From an uncultured Elusimicrobia bacterium (GTDB taxonomy: Bacteria; Elusimicrobiota; Elusimicrobia; 2-01-FULL-59-12): DNA of 64,000 nt. The stretch lies in the NCBI GenBank assembly GCA_963702895.1, contig OY969767.1, positions 800,001 to 864,000 on the forward strand, given 5' to 3'. Under the pieces are notes generated by a model. It saw only the letters and a list, made by a program, of their open reading frames with translations, did no database searches and was not told the DNA's origin. Below are positions 17,630-28,405 of the stretch, in pieces. Position 1 is the stretch's first letter. Each line of letters begins with the position of its first letter. A program made the position numbers and the translations under genes.

Positions 17630-19381
17630 ATGAGCTATCAAGTTCTTGCGCGTAAATATCGGCCTCAAACTTTTGAGGAAATCGTTGGCCAGGCGCACGT
17701 GGCCACGACGCTTGCCAATGCGCTCAAAAACCAGAAGGTCGCCCATGCCTACCTCTTCTCCGGGCCGCGCGGCGTCGGCAAGACCACCACCGCCAGGATC
17801 CTTGCGAAGGCCCTGAACTGCGTCAAAGGCCCAACCCCCGTTCCCTGCAATCAATGCGATTCCTGTCAGCGCATCGCGCAGGGGCAGGAGATCGTGGATG
17901 TGCTTGAAATTGATGCGGCCTCCAACCGCGGCATTGAGGAAATCCGCGAGCTCCGCGAGAACGTCCGGTACGCGCCGGCCCGCAGCCGGTTTAAGGTTTA
18001 CATCGTGGACGAGGCGCATCAGATCACCCATGACGCCTTCAACGCTTTTTTGAAAACGCTGGAGGAGCCGCCGGAGCACGCCATTTTTGTGCTGGCGACC
18101 ACGGAGTACCAGAAAATCCCCGCCACGATCCTCTCGCGCTGCCAGCTTTTTCGGTTCAAACGGGTCTCCGCAGAAGATATTTCCAAACACCTCGAAAAAA
18201 TCCTGGGCCGTGAAAAAATCACGTATGAAAGCGCTGCCCTTTCCCGGCTGGGACGTGCCGCCGGAGGGTCCCTGCGCGACGCGTTAAGCCTCCTGGATCA
18301 GGCGCTCGCGTATGCTTCGGGCGCGCTCTCGGCCAAACAGGTGGAAATGCTCTTGGGTTTTTTGCCGGAGGAATTTTTGGTGGGTTTTGTGTCCGCCCTT
18401 CTTGAGCGCAAGCCAGCGGGGATCCTCGAATGGGTGAAGCAGCTGGTGGAGGAGGGATGGGATATCCCTCAGTTTGTGCGAGACTTCAGGGAATTCTTAC
18501 GGCAGTCTTTGGTCGATCAACTTGGATCGTCCGACGCCCCACGCTCGACGTCAGACGTCGCACGCCGCACGTCGGAGGAGCTCTTGATCGCGGGGCGTTC
18601 CGTTTCTCTTCCGGAAGTTCTCCACATGATCAAAGTGATGGGGCAGTGCGTGGACGAAATGCGTTGGAACGACAACCCGCGCCTCGTCCTGGAACTCTAC
18701 AGCCTGCGACTGACGCAGCCGTTTGTGGACGCCGGTGTGTTGCTCAAGAGAATTGAAGAACTTGAGGAGAAGAGTGGCGTATCGGAGTATCGGAGTACCG
18801 GAGTATCGGAGTCACAGCCCAGTAGCGTAACGGAGTACCAGGGTACCGGCGTCCCGGGGTCACAGCCCAATAACGTAACGGAGTATCGGAGTGCCGGAGT
18901 ATCGGAGTCACGCCAAGGCCGTGACCCCGTGACCCCGTTACGCCGATACCCCGATACTGCTGTTACCCCGACACCCCGACACCCCGACACTCCGTTACAG
19001 GCCTCCGCCTCTGAATTGTGGAAGCGCCTGCTGGCTGAACTCTGGAAGAAGCCGACGGTCGCTTCCCATATGGAACGAGCGGCGCTCAAATCCGCGACGG
19101 ACAAAGTGTGGGTCATCGAGTTTGCGGACGCTTTTGCGCTGTCGACCATGGAGCGAAACAAAGTGTTTTTAACCGAGACGCTCGCGGTCCTGGCGGGACA
19201 GGCTCTTGAGCTGCGTCTTGTCCAAGGGGCTCCGGACCAGAGAGAACGGGATGACGCGACGGTAGTCGTGCCGTCTCCCGCTTCGGAAGGGCGTCCGGTT
19301 GTGGAGCAGAACGCTCATGTCCAAAAGGTTCTGGGTGTTTTTAAGGGGCGCGTTCGGGAGGAGGAGCGGCCTGCATCATGA
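17630..19381 (+). CDS. dnaX: DNA polymerase III subunit gamma/tau
   Basis: MSYQVLARKYRPQTF, GPRGVGKTT, EIDAASN, DEAH, SRCQ. Confidence 0.97.
   Translation: MSYQVLARKYRPQTFEEIVGQAHVATTLANALKNQKVAHAYLFSGPRGVGKTTTARILAKALNCVKGPTPVPCNQCDSCQRIAQGQEIVDVLEIDAASNRGIEEIRELRENVRYAPARSRFKVYIVDEAHQITHDAFNAFLKTLEEPPEHAIFVLATTEYQKIPATILSRCQLFRFKRVSAEDISKHLEKILGREKITYESAALSRLGRAAGGSLRDALSLLDQALAYASGALSAKQVEMLLGFLPEEFLVGFVSALLERKPAGILEWVKQLVEEGWDIPQFVRDFREFLRQSLVDQLGSSDAPRSTSDVARRTSEELLIAGRSVSLPEVLHMIKVMGQCVDEMRWNDNPRLVLELYSLRLTQPFVDAGVLLKRIEELEEKSGVSEYRSTGVSESQPSSVTEYQGTGVPGSQPNNVTEYRSAGVSESRQGRDPVTPLRRYPDTAVTPTPRHPDTPLQASASELWKRLLAELWKKPTVASHMERAALKSATDKVWVIEFADAFALSTMERNKVFLTETLAVLAGQALELRLVQGAPDQRERDDATVVVPSPASEGRPVVEQNAHVQKVLGVFKGRVREEERPAS
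18779..18998. repeat. In-frame octamer-based repeat (three 48-nt units plus inverted octamers) in the dnaX linker
   Basis: GTATCGGA-type 8-mers followed by CCGATACY/CCGACACC 8-mers. Confidence 0.8.
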
Positions 19382-19977
19382 TCGGCATGGCATCCTCTCT
19401 TGAACAGTTAAGGCAGCGCCTCGCGCTCCTCCCCAATGTCGGGCCTAAAATGGCGGAGCGGCTCGCTCTTTATCTCTTGCGCGCGCCGGACCACGAGGTC
19501 CAGGCGCTGGTACGGTCCCTGGAAGAGGCCCGGCGGCACATCCACTATTGTCCTATCTGCTATACCTACACCGAGGAAACGCCTTGCTGGATTTGCGCCG
19601 ACGTCACCCGGGACGCGCAGCTCATTTGTGTGGTGGAACATCCGCCCGATGTGGACGCGATTGAGAAGACGAAGGCTTTTCGCGGACGCTATCACGTTCT
19701 CCACGGGGCGCTCTCGCCTTTGGACGGGATTGGCCCGCAGGAATTGAAGATCGCCGAACTCTTAAAGCGCGTTCAGGCGGAGGACATTCGGGAAGTCATC
19801 ATCTCGACGGATCCAACGCTCCCTGGCGAGACCACCGCAACTTACTTGGCAGAGAAAATCCATCCCTTTGGCGCGCGCGTGACCCGCATCGGGTATGGCG
19901 TGCCGATGGGGGGCGATATCGAATACACGGATGAGCTCACGCTCACGCGCGCGCTCGAAGGCCGCCGCGACATCTAG
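19378..19977 (+). CDS. recR: Recombination mediator RecR
   Basis: LPNVGPKMAERLA, C4 zinc finger, YHVLHGALSPLDGIGP Toprim. Confidence 0.97.
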   Translation: MIGMASSLEQLRQRLALLPNVGPKMAERLALYLLRAPDHEVQALVRSLEEARRHIHYCPICYTYTEETPCWICADVTRDAQLICVVEHPPDVDAIEKTKAFRGRYHVLHGALSPLDGIGPQELKIAELLKRVQAEDIREVIISTDPTLPGETTATYLAEKIHPFGARVTRIGYGVPMGGDIEYTDELTLTRALEGRRDI

Positions 19978-19984
19978 AAACAAC

Positions 19985-20066
19985 GGCAGAAACGAGAGAA
20001 GAGAAGCGAGAGAAGAGAGACGACGATGGGCTCTGTGCTCTCGCTTCTCGTTTCTTGCTTCTGCTG
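19985..20066. repeat. Heptamer-repeat hairpin between convergent genes (possible bidirectional terminator)
   Basis: GAGAAGC/GAGAGAA arm paired with a CTCTCGCTTCTCGTTTCTTGCTTCT arm. Confidence 0.6.
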
Positions 20067-20076
20067 CAGGGTTCGC

Positions 20077-21426
20077 TTAGAGGGCAGAGAGAAGTTCGGG
20101 GGATCTGGGGCTGGTGACCACGGCCGTTGCGGGACCCTCGTCCTCGGGGAGCGCGTCGAACGGTCGTTCGACCGTGCGCACGGATTTGGCCTTGGTCTTA
20201 AAACTGGGTCGGATGACGCCGACGTGCGGCCAACCTAAGAGGGCGCGATTCTTTTCTTCGAGCCCAAGGTCCACAATCTGTCCCTGCTGGAAGGTCATGA
20301 GCCCCCGGTCTTCAGGGTCAAACCGATACCCTTGTGCCTGCAAGATGTTCCAATCCTGGTGCGTCGCGCCCAGGCCGTGCAAGATCTCGTGCATCAGGAC
20401 CAGCGGCTCGAACTTCGAAGCGGAGAGTTGAATGATCCCATCTCCCATATACGCCGCTTCGTCTTCAGAGGAAGTCCGGTAGTCGATCAGAACGACGAAG
20501 GCTTCCCCGGAGAGCTTGTAGAGTTGAGGAAGGGTGTGGACATAGACCCTGGAGGTCAGAAGATGGCCGCCGGAGGAGGCGGGATCCATATCGCCTTCGG
20601 AGATGTAAAGTGTCTCCACGCCCAGGAAGCTCAGGGAGAACTCACTCCCGCTGATGTAATCAAAGCCGCGATTCATCTCTGCGACTTGTTCTTCAAAATA
20701 AAGATCGCTTTCATGCAGGCCGGCCAGCATCGGTCGACGCAGCTGGCCGCTGGGACGCGCCGGAATGAGTTTAAAGAAACGGATCGGGACGTGGCTTTGC
20801 TTGCTCCAATGACGCAGACTGTCCGGAACGGAAGCGGTGAAAATGGACTTGCCGATGGGACCGTTCATTCTTTCCAAGTTTGACAGATGCTTTTGGAGAA
20901 ACTGAATGCTGCGCACATCCGTTTCAAAGCGCGTCCCGGGAACGCCATCGGCAGCGTAGAGCACAAGCCAATCGTCGACCACAGTCCGCGCGGAGCGAAA
21001 CAGGCCCTTGGCAAGAAGCGCCTGGACGCGAATTTCGAGGAGCTTCAAGTCCCGCAAGAGATCCCTTTCTGGACCTGAAGCGGCCGCGGTCGCGCGGAGG
21101 ACATCGTTGTATTTCCCCGCTCGAAGGAGAAGCTCAAAAAGTTTAAAATCGATCGCGCGGCCGGCGCCTGGTTCCGGGCGCATCTGCCGATACTGCTGAA
21201 GGGCCTCGTCGTAGCGGTTGGCGTTCATCAACAGGTGGATGAGCTGTTGCCTGGCGGGAGCTGTCACCGCGTGGGTAGGATAGGCCTGGGTGAGACGCTT
21301 CAGGATCGCGATTTTTTCAGGCACAGAAACGTAATCGCGGGCCATGCTCAGGAACTGTTCCGGGGTATACGGTGTTACGGCCATAAAGGAAGCGGCCAAA
21401 AGACATGTTAGACGAGAGGGGGGCAT
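20077..21426 (-). CDS. Secreted protein with helical N-terminus and metzincin-type Zn-peptidase motif
   Basis: Signal-like N-terminus; HEILHGLGATH (HExxHxxGxxH) followed by a GLM Met-turn-like segment. Confidence 0.65.
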   Translation of the reverse strand: MPPSRLTCLLAASFMAVTPYTPEQFLSMARDYVSVPEKIAILKRLTQAYPTHAVTAPARQQLIHLLMNANRYDEALQQYRQMRPEPGAGRAIDFKLFELLLRAGKYNDVLRATAAASGPERDLLRDLKLLEIRVQALLAKGLFRSARTVVDDWLVLYAADGVPGTRFETDVRSIQFLQKHLSNLERMNGPIGKSIFTASVPDSLRHWSKQSHVPIRFFKLIPARPSGQLRRPMLAGLHESDLYFEEQVAEMNRGFDYISGSEFSLSFLGVETLYISEGDMDPASSGGHLLTSRVYVHTLPQLYKLSGEAFVVLIDYRTSSEDEAAYMGDGIIQLSASKFEPLVLMHEILHGLGATHQDWNILQAQGYRFDPEDRGLMTFQQGQIVDLGLEEKNRALLGWPHVGVIRPSFKTKAKSVRTVERPFDALPEDEGPATAVVTSPRSPELLSAL

Positions 21427-21599
21427 GTTTGAGATGGGTGTATCGCCCGTCGAAGGTGGACACAAGTAACTTATTTGTAAAATGGTGCCGCATCCCTCTA
21501 TATCGAATTTTCGATGGGAAAACGCGGCACCACCCCGGCATGTTGTAAGCCGGGGTCTATCGAGAGAAATGATGGATCCCCAGCTTACAACCGCGGGGG

Positions 21600-22229
21600 A
21601 TGACGGAAGAGGTCAGGACCATGGAACAACAGATCAAGATTACGGCTGAAATCCTTCAGCACGACCCGTCCGGTTGTCGATTTATCGTCGAGAGGGCTGT
21701 TCTGCCCAAGGGCTTTGCGCGCTTCCGTGATCCCGACAGGGCCAAGGGATCGCCCTTGGTGGAAAGACTCTTTGCCATCGACGGTGTGATGGGCGTGATG
21801 GTTCAAGAAAATGAAATCACGGTCACCCATCGCTTGCCGGTGGATTGGCGCATCACCGGGCCCCTGGTGGGAGCCGCGATACGGACGCATCTCGAAACAG
21901 GGCAGCCCGCCGTGTCGGAAGAAGCCCTGAAGAGCGCTCCCGAAGAAGACGTTCTCCGTCAAAAAGTGCAGAAGTTCCTCGATGAAAACATTAACCCCGC
22001 GGTGGCCTCCCATGGGGGCTTCATCTCGCTGCTCGATGTTCGAGACAAGGACCTCTTTATTCAGATGGGGGGTGGATGTCAGGGATGCGGGATGGCCAAT
22101 GTGACGCTTCGCGAGGGCGTTGAAACAGCCATCCGCCAAAATTTCCCTGAAGTCGGCAAAATCCTGGACATTACGGACCACACCTCCGGCGAAACTCCCT
22201 ACTACACCAATCGCTATCCAGAAAGATGA
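21600..22229 (+). CDS. nfuA: NifU/NfuA-family Fe-S carrier (Nfu_N plus NifU_C)
   Basis: SPLVERLFAIDGV; INPAVASHGG; GGCQGC. Confidence 0.88.
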   Translation: MTEEVRTMEQQIKITAEILQHDPSGCRFIVERAVLPKGFARFRDPDRAKGSPLVERLFAIDGVMGVMVQENEITVTHRLPVDWRITGPLVGAAIRTHLETGQPAVSEEALKSAPEEDVLRQKVQKFLDENINPAVASHGGFISLLDVRDKDLFIQMGGGCQGCGMANVTLREGVETAIRQNFPEVGKILDITDHTSGETPYYTNRYPER

Positions 22230-22266
22230 TTGATATCAAAACATACTCATAAATAGATATGAAAAA

Positions 22267-22291
22267 ATACATGACATGTCGTGTCATGTAT
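22267..22291. promoter_or_regulatory. IscR type-1-like Rrf2 operator upstream of sufB
   Basis: ATACATGACA-TGTCG-TGTCATGTAT palindrome overlapping an AT-rich promoter (TATACT 22296-22301). Confidence 0.7.
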
Positions 22292-22316
22292 GTGTTATAC
22301 TGATCTATCTTGATTT

Positions 22317-23756
22317 ATGGCTAATGAAGCGTTAGAGCACATCGCCAGCCAGGAGTATAAGTGGGGGTTTACCTCCGAGATTGAGTCCGATGTGGTGCAG
22401 GCCGGCCTCAACGAGGAGGTCATCCGGTTTATTTCCGCTAAGAAAAAGGAGCCCGCGTGGCTTCTGGACTGGCGCTTGAGAGCTTTTGAGATCTGGAAGA
22501 CCATGAAGGAGCCGCACTGGGCCAATATCACCTACCCCCCGATCGATTACCAGGCCATCCGCTATTATGCTGCCCCCAAACAGAAAGCGGTTCCCAAGAG
22601 TCTCGAAGAGCTCGATCCGGAAATTCGCCGCACCTTTGAAAAGCTCGGTATTTCGCTCCAGGAGCAGGAAAGACTCTCCGGCATCGCGGTGGACGCCGTG
22701 CTCGACAGCGTCTCCGTCGCGACCACTTTCAAAGATAAGCTCAAAGGGTTGGGCATCCTCTTTTGCTCCTTCTCCGAGGCCGTCCGCGAGCACCCGGACC
22801 TCGTACGCCAGCACCTGGGCACGGTCGTTCCCCAGGGAGACAACTTCTTCGCCGCGCTCAACTCGGCTGTTTTTACGGACGGCTCCTTCTGCTACATTCC
22901 GAAAGGGGTGCGCTGCCCGATGGAGCTCTCCACCTATTTTCGAATCAACGCTTCCGAGACGGGCCAGTTCGAACGCACCCTGATTGTCGCGGAGGAAGGG
23001 GCCTCCGTCAGCTATCTCGAAGGCTGCACGGCGCCCAGGCGCGATGAAAACCAGCTCCATGCGGCCGTTGTCGAGCTGGTGGCCATGGACCATGCGCAAA
23101 TCAAATATTCCACGATCCAGAACTGGTACCCGGGGGACAAGACGGGCAAGGGCGGCATCTTCAACTTCGTGACCAAGCGCGGGCTTTGCAAAGGGATCAG
23201 TTCCAAAATCTCCTGGACGCAGGTGGAGACGGGCTCCTCGATCACCTGGAAATACCCGAGCTGCATTCTGAAGGGTGATCACTCGACAGGCGAGTTTTAT
23301 TCCGTGGCCCTTGCCGCTAATTATCAGCAGGCCGATACCGGCACCAAGATGATCCACGTGGGCAAGAATACGCGGAGCACCATCATCTCCAAAGGCATCT
23401 CCGCGGGGCATGGACAGAACAGTTATCGCGGCATGGTGAAGATTCTGGCCGGCGCCACAGGAGCGCGCAACTACTCCCAGTGCGACTCGCTTCTGATGAG
23501 CCCCACCTGCGGCGCGCATACCTTTCCCAATATCGACGTGCAGGAGCCTACGGCGCAGATGGAACATGAGGCCACGACGTCGAAGATCAGCGAGGACCAG
23601 CTCTTCTACGCCAAGAGCCGCGGCATCCCGACGGAAGACGCCGTGGGAATGATCGTGAACGGATTCTGCAAGCAGGTGTTTCGAGAGTTGCCTATGGAGT
23701 TTGCTGTGGAGGCGCAAAAACTATTGAGTCTCAGTTTAGAGGGGACGGTCGGATAG
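22317..23756 (+). CDS. sufB: Fe-S cluster assembly protein SufB
   Basis: [33 protein letters not shown]. Confidence 0.97.
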   Translation: MANEALEHIASQEYKWGFTSEIESDVVQAGLNEEVIRFISAKKKEPAWLLDWRLRAFEIWKTMKEPHWANITYPPIDYQAIRYYAAPKQKAVPKSLEELDPEIRRTFEKLGISLQEQERLSGIAVDAVLDSVSVATTFKDKLKGLGILFCSFSEAVREHPDLVRQHLGTVVPQGDNFFAALNSAVFTDGSFCYIPKGVRCPMELSTYFRINASETGQFERTLIVAEEGASVSYLEGCTAPRRDENQLHAAVVELVAMDHAQIKYSTIQNWYPGDKTGKGGIFNFVTKRGLCKGISSKISWTQVETGSSITWKYPSCILKGDHSTGEFYSVALAANYQQADTGTKMIHVGKNTRSTIISKGISAGHGQNSYRGMVKILAGATGARNYSQCDSLLMSPTCGAHTFPNIDVQEPTAQMEHEATTSKISEDQLFYAKSRGIPTEDAVGMIVNGFCKQVFRELPMEFAVEAQKLLSLSLEGTVG

Positions 23757-23758
23757 AC

Positions 23759-23870
23759 TCCTTCTCCCGGCGGATGCGACGGGAGAAGGGTGGGATGAGG
23801 GCGCGGGCCCTCACCCGGCCGCTGAGCATCGGGCGGCCGCCCTCTCCCACCTGACGGCGGGAGAGGGGAG
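23759..23870. repeat. REP-like composite palindrome (CTTCTCCC..GGGAGAAGG / CCCTCACCC / CTCTCCC..GGGAGAGG)
   Basis: Nested GC-rich inverted repeats; related copy at 54958-55055. Confidence 0.75.
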
Positions 23871-23888
23871 AAAACAAAGGAAACGTTT

Positions 23889-24650
23889 ATGTTAGAAATC
23901 AATAATCTGCACGCCTCTGTGGGTGAAAAACCCATTCTGAAAGGCATCACCCTGAACGTCAAGAAGGGTGAAGTCCATGCCATCATGGGCCCCAACGGGT
24001 CCGGGAAGTCGACGCTCGCCAATGTCCTCTCCGGACGAGAGGGCTATACCGCCACGGCGGGGCAGGTTCTCTTGGAGGGGGAGGATCTCCTCAAGCTCAC
24101 CCCCGAAGAGCGCGCGGTCAAAGGAGTCTTTCTCGCCTTCCAGTATCCCGTGGAGATCCCCGGTGTGACCAACAGCTACTTCATGAAGACAGCGCTCAAC
24201 GCCATTCACAAGGCCCGCGGCGAAAAGGAAATCGACGCGATCGACTTTCTGAAGATCATCAAGGAAAAAGCCAGGCAGGTGGAGATGCCCGAAGGCATGC
24301 TCACCCGCTCCGTGAACGAGGGGTTCTCGGGCGGCGAGAAGAAACGCAATGAAGTTTTGCAAATGACGATTCTCGCGCCCAAGCTCTGTGTCATGGACGA
24401 GACCGATTCAGGGCTCGATATTGACGCCCTGCAGGTGGTCGCCCGGGGCATCAACGCGATGCGCTCTGCCGAGCGCGCCTTTATCGTGGTGACCCATTAC
24501 CAGAGACTCTTGAATTATGTCCAGCCTGATTTTGTGCACGTTCTTTCCGGCGGTCGGATCGTGAAATCCGGCGGCAAGGAACTGGCCCATGAGCTGGAGA
24601 AGAAAGGCTATGGCTGGGTCACGGGAGACCCCGCTCAGGAGATCGCCTGA
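23889..24650 (+). CDS. sufC: Fe-S cluster assembly ATPase SufC
   Basis: GPNGSGKST, FQYPVEIPGV, FSGGEKKRNE, DETDSGLD. Confidence 0.97.
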   Translation: MLEINNLHASVGEKPILKGITLNVKKGEVHAIMGPNGSGKSTLANVLSGREGYTATAGQVLLEGEDLLKLTPEERAVKGVFLAFQYPVEIPGVTNSYFMKTALNAIHKARGEKEIDAIDFLKIIKEKARQVEMPEGMLTRSVNEGFSGGEKKRNEVLQMTILAPKLCVMDETDSGLDIDALQVVARGINAMRSAERAFIVVTHYQRLLNYVQPDFVHVLSGGRIVKSGGKELAHELEKKGYGWVTGDPAQEIA

Positions 24651-25478
24651 ATGAGAAGCGCCACCACCCATCTGAGTTTTCTGCCGGCGACGGCACCCGT
24701 GCGCGTCGCAGAAAAAGATGGTGTCGTCCATCTCACGGTACCGCAGGGCGAACAGGTCACTTTGGTCGAGAAATTTCAGCGGAGAGACCCGGAACCCTAT
24801 CGCACAGAGTCCCGGATCGCGCTTCGAATTGAAGAGGGCGCACGTGTGAAGCACTACAAACTTGTTTTGGAAGGATCGCATGCCGATCATCAATCGTCCC
24901 TTGAAGTCGAAGCGGGGCGCCATGCGGCCTTCTATTCCAATGTGTTCTTGATGGGCGGGGAGCATGTGCGCAACACGATCCAAGTCCATCTGGCCGGCGA
25001 GTACGGGGCATGTCAACTCAACGGTCTTTATGTCGGGCGCGGTCAGCAAAACATCGAAACGCACACCCTCATTGACCATCAGAAACCGCACGGGACAAGC
25101 CATGAGTTCTATAAAGGGATCTTGGACGATGAGGCGCAAGGCACCTTCGACGGACTGATCGTCGTCGCGAAAGAAGCCCAAAAAACAGATTCCGCCCAAA
25201 TCAACAAGAATCTCCTGCTCTCCCCGAGGGCCAAGGCGCACTCGTTGCCGGAGCTCAAAATCTTCGCCCACGATGTGAAATGCAAGCACGGTTCGACCAT
25301 CGGTCAGTTGGACGAGCAACAGCTTTTCTACTTACGCTCACGCGGCGTGGCTTTCCACGAGGCGAGGCGTCTGCTCATCAATGCTTTCGCCAGCGAGATG
25401 ATCGAGCTCGTGGAAATCGATGAGCTCAAGGCGGCTTTACTCCCATGTCTGAACTTCACGACCTCTATCAGGAAGTAA
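24651..25478 (+). CDS. sufD: SufD, N-terminally short (275 aa)
   Basis: AQKTDSAQINKNLLLS, PELKIFAHDVKCKHG, LFYLRSRG. Confidence 0.88.
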   Translation: MRSATTHLSFLPATAPVRVAEKDGVVHLTVPQGEQVTLVEKFQRRDPEPYRTESRIALRIEEGARVKHYKLVLEGSHADHQSSLEVEAGRHAAFYSNVFLMGGEHVRNTIQVHLAGEYGACQLNGLYVGRGQQNIETHTLIDHQKPHGTSHEFYKGILDDEAQGTFDGLIVVAKEAQKTDSAQINKNLLLSPRAKAHSLPELKIFAHDVKCKHGSTIGQLDEQQLFYLRSRGVAFHEARRLLINAFASEMIELVEIDELKAALLPCLNFTTSIRK

Positions 25479-25897
25479 TACTGGACCATAGCCGGCACCC
25501 GCACAACTACCGTGCGATGACGGACGCCACACGCCAGGCCGAGGGGTATAACCCCCTCTGCGGGGACCAAGTCACCGTTTATTTGAAACTCCACGGAGAC
25601 CGTATTGAAGAGGTCAGTTTTCAGGGGAACGGCTGCGCCATCTCGAAATCCTCCGCCTCGGTTATGACTGACTTGGTCCAAGGACGGTCCAAACAGGAAG
25701 CGGCGGCCCTTTTTGAAAAATTTCGCCAGCTCGTCACGGGCGAGAACCCACCTCCCGAAGACCCCACGGATAAAATGGCGATCTTTGCCGGGGTCTCGGA
25801 ATTTCCCGCTCGCGTCAAATGCGCGGTGCTCGGCTGGCACACGCTTCGCTCGGCGCTTGAAGAAAAGAAAGGGCAGGTCAACACCGAATCGCTATGA
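25445..25897 (+). CDS. sufU: SufU (SUF NifU-family) protein
   Basis: LYQEVILDH, NPLCGD, GCAIS, RVKCA. Confidence 0.95.
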   Translation: MSELHDLYQEVILDHSRHPHNYRAMTDATRQAEGYNPLCGDQVTVYLKLHGDRIEEVSFQGNGCAISKSSASVMTDLVQGRSKQEAAALFEKFRQLVTGENPPPEDPTDKMAIFAGVSEFPARVKCAVLGWHTLRSALEEKKGQVNTESL

Positions 25898-26454
25898 GCG
25901 TCAAAGACCCGGTTAAAGTCTCACGCGATCTGGAAGTGGTCCAAATCCCGGAAGGGTTGAAGGTCCGACTCATCCGAGGAACATCGGTGCGCCTGACCCA
26001 GGCCTTGGGTGACACTTTTACGGTGGTGACGGAATACGGGACGATGGTCCGGGTTTCGGGGCAGGATGCCGATGCCATCGGCGAGGCGCCCCTGGGTCCG
26101 GTGACCGTGTCGAACCCGGTCACGGACGCCCCTCAAAGCGCAGACGAACTCCAAGCACGCGTTTGGGAGGCGCTTCGGGGCGTGTATGATCCCGAAATCC
26201 CGGTCAATGTTGTGGAGCTGGGTCTGGTTTACGCCAACGATGTCACAGCCCTCGCCGAAGGCGGATACCAAGTCCATGTCAAACTGACGCTCACCGCGCC
26301 AGGCTGCGGTATGGGCCCCGTGATGCAGGCTGACGCGGAGCGCCGCATGAAAGCCATCCCCGGTGTCAAGGCGGCACAGGTCGAACTCGTGATTGATCCG
26401 CCCTGGAACGCCTCCATGATGTCGGAGGCGGCACGATTACAGTTAGGCCTTTAA
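25894..26454 (+). CDS. sufT: SufT-like (DUF59) Fe-S assembly protein
   Basis: TQALGDTFTV N domain; YDPEIPVNVVELGLVY; TLTAPGCGMG. Confidence 0.88.
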   Translation: MSVKDPVKVSRDLEVVQIPEGLKVRLIRGTSVRLTQALGDTFTVVTEYGTMVRVSGQDADAIGEAPLGPVTVSNPVTDAPQSADELQARVWEALRGVYDPEIPVNVVELGLVYANDVTALAEGGYQVHVKLTLTAPGCGMGPVMQADAERRMKAIPGVKAAQVELVIDPPWNASMMSEAARLQLGL

Positions 26455-26782
26455 GCCGCCTCCGCCGCGCGCCTCCAGCTGGGCCTCTAAGACAGCCCAT
26501 CCCTGCTTTGCTTTCGATGGTGGGCCTGAAGGGCTTCCCAAATAATCCGATAAGCCACCCCTGACGTCATCCCCCGCGGCCGTCAGCGGGGGATCCATCG
26601 ACGGCCTTGGTGTAGGTGTTGGTGGCGGGATCGAAGACGAAGGGTTTCACTTATTGGGTGAAAAATGAGGGGTCAACACAGGAGGCTTTGAAAAAGGGTG
26701 CAGCGCGTGATTTTACAGCGACGCGCAGAGGCAATAAAATACCTCGCAAGCCAGAGTGGAATCTGAACTGCGAGGTGCTTTT

Positions 26783-28102
26783 ATGTTACTGAAGAACTTG
26801 GACGTATACAAGGTCTCGACGACGGATCAAGCGGTGACGAGTTTTGCAGGGCTGCCGTTGTTGTTGGGGACGGCACGGAGCCTGGGGTTGGAGGAGCGGC
26901 TCAATGCGCTGCCGGTGAAGGAGCGGGCGCGGGGATACGATCCTGCCGAGAGTATTTTGGGGTTGATGGGATCGATCCAGGCGGGCGGGGAAGCGCTCGA
27001 AGACATCGGGCTGCTGCAAGGGGACGAGGGGATACGGCGCTTGCTGGGGGATTTTCCGGCAGCGAACACGTTGGGCGAATTTCTTCGGCGTTTTGGGCGC
27101 AAGACGATTCATGGGTTGGGATGGGTCCAGCTCAAGACGGCGGCGAAGGTGATCCGGGCCTGCGAGCTGTCTATTGTGACGATCGATATCGACGCTTATT
27201 TTTTGGAGTCACAGAAGGAAGGCGTCTTGATGAATTACGATGGACTGGAAGGGTATTGTCCGGTGATGGTCAGTTGCGCGGAGCTGAAGATGCCGCTGGC
27301 CGGGGCGTTTCGGGCAGGCAATGCGAGCCCGATGGCGAACCTGGCGAGTTTGTTGCGGCGGGTCTTGCGGCAGTTTTCCGGTTTGCGGATGAGGGCGCGC
27401 TCAGACAGCGCGGGGTATCAGGCGAAGGTGGTTCGGGAATTGGATCGGGCCGGGGTGGACTTCACCATCACGGCGCGCAAGGATGATGCCGTTTTGGAAG
27501 CGATTCGGTCGATTCCGGAGAAGGCCTGGAAGAAGTACAACTCGCCGGTCTATCCCCATAAGGGATCTGAGATTGCCGAGACGGTGCATGCTTTTGGGGA
27601 GGCGGACAAGGATATCGCCGCATTTCGGTTGGTCGTGGTGCGCTGGCAGCAGGAGCCGCAAGGCGAGCTTTTCGATAAGGAGCACTTTGAATACCATGCG
27701 GTGGCGACGCGGTTCACATGGGAACCGGGATTGGTTCTGCAATTTCACCGTAACCGGCAGGATGGGTCGGAGAACGTGAACCGGGAGATGAAGAGCGAGG
27801 GTGGGTTTGGATTATCCAAGCTGCCGTGCCGGGATTTTATGGCCAATGCCGCCTATTTCCAGATCGCGATGTTGGCGTCGGTGGTCACGGCAGCCTTCAA
27901 GCATTTGGTTCTGCCGAAAGCCTGGCAGAGCTTCACGATCCAGACGCTGCGGCACCGGCTGATCCGCTTGGCCGGGACAGTGTGCCGGAAGTCGCGCTAT
28001 CTGTGGTTAAAGATTCCGGAAAACTACCCGTTCCGGCGGGTTTTTGAAGAGGCGCGCTATGGCGTGTTGGGGCTGTCTGTGGTGATCGCGTCTACCGGTT
28101 GA
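26783..28102 (+). mobile_element. IS1380-family transposase (element ends not confidently defined)
   Basis: TIDIDA, RARSDSAGY, HRNRQDGSENVNREMK, NAAYFQI, TLRHRLIRLAG; G-rich coding strand unlike its neighbours. Confidence 0.88.
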
Positions 28103-28366
28103 TTGACGGGACGGCGACACCGAAGGCATCGACGGAGGGAAAGAACCGAACAGAGGGTCGGAGCGGCGAAAACTGCCGCAAAAGGCCGACAATTGATCAG
28201 ACGGTAGTCTGAACCGCCTCCGAGGGAAGCCAAGGGTACCCGAAGCAGGCGAGAAACCTGGTCGCCGCGGCGACCGAGCGGTGAAAAATTGGGACCTATG
28301 TGTGGCCTACGTCAAAACGCAGCGCTGCAGAAAATTACCGGAGCTTTTGGGAGGGCTTCCTGCTGT

Positions 28367-28395
28367 TTGACACTCCACAACAGGCAATGTAGAAT
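28367..28395 (+). promoter_or_regulatory. Sigma70-type promoter
   Basis: TTGACA-17 nt-TAGAAT just before the PilZ gene ATG (28406). Confidence 0.75.
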
Positions 28396-28405
28396 TCACT
28401 CCACG

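Noticed and set aside
19378..19390. Missing ybaB between dnaX and recR
   Set aside because: True here (the genes overlap directly), but this is a common lineage-level variation.
26455..28300. Exact IS1380 terminal repeats
   Set aside because: Only a weak TTTCAC/GTGAAA match; no convincing TIR or TSD could be defined by eye. The GTCGCCGCGGCGAC palindrome at 28261-28274 matching the pseudo-tRNA arm may be chance.
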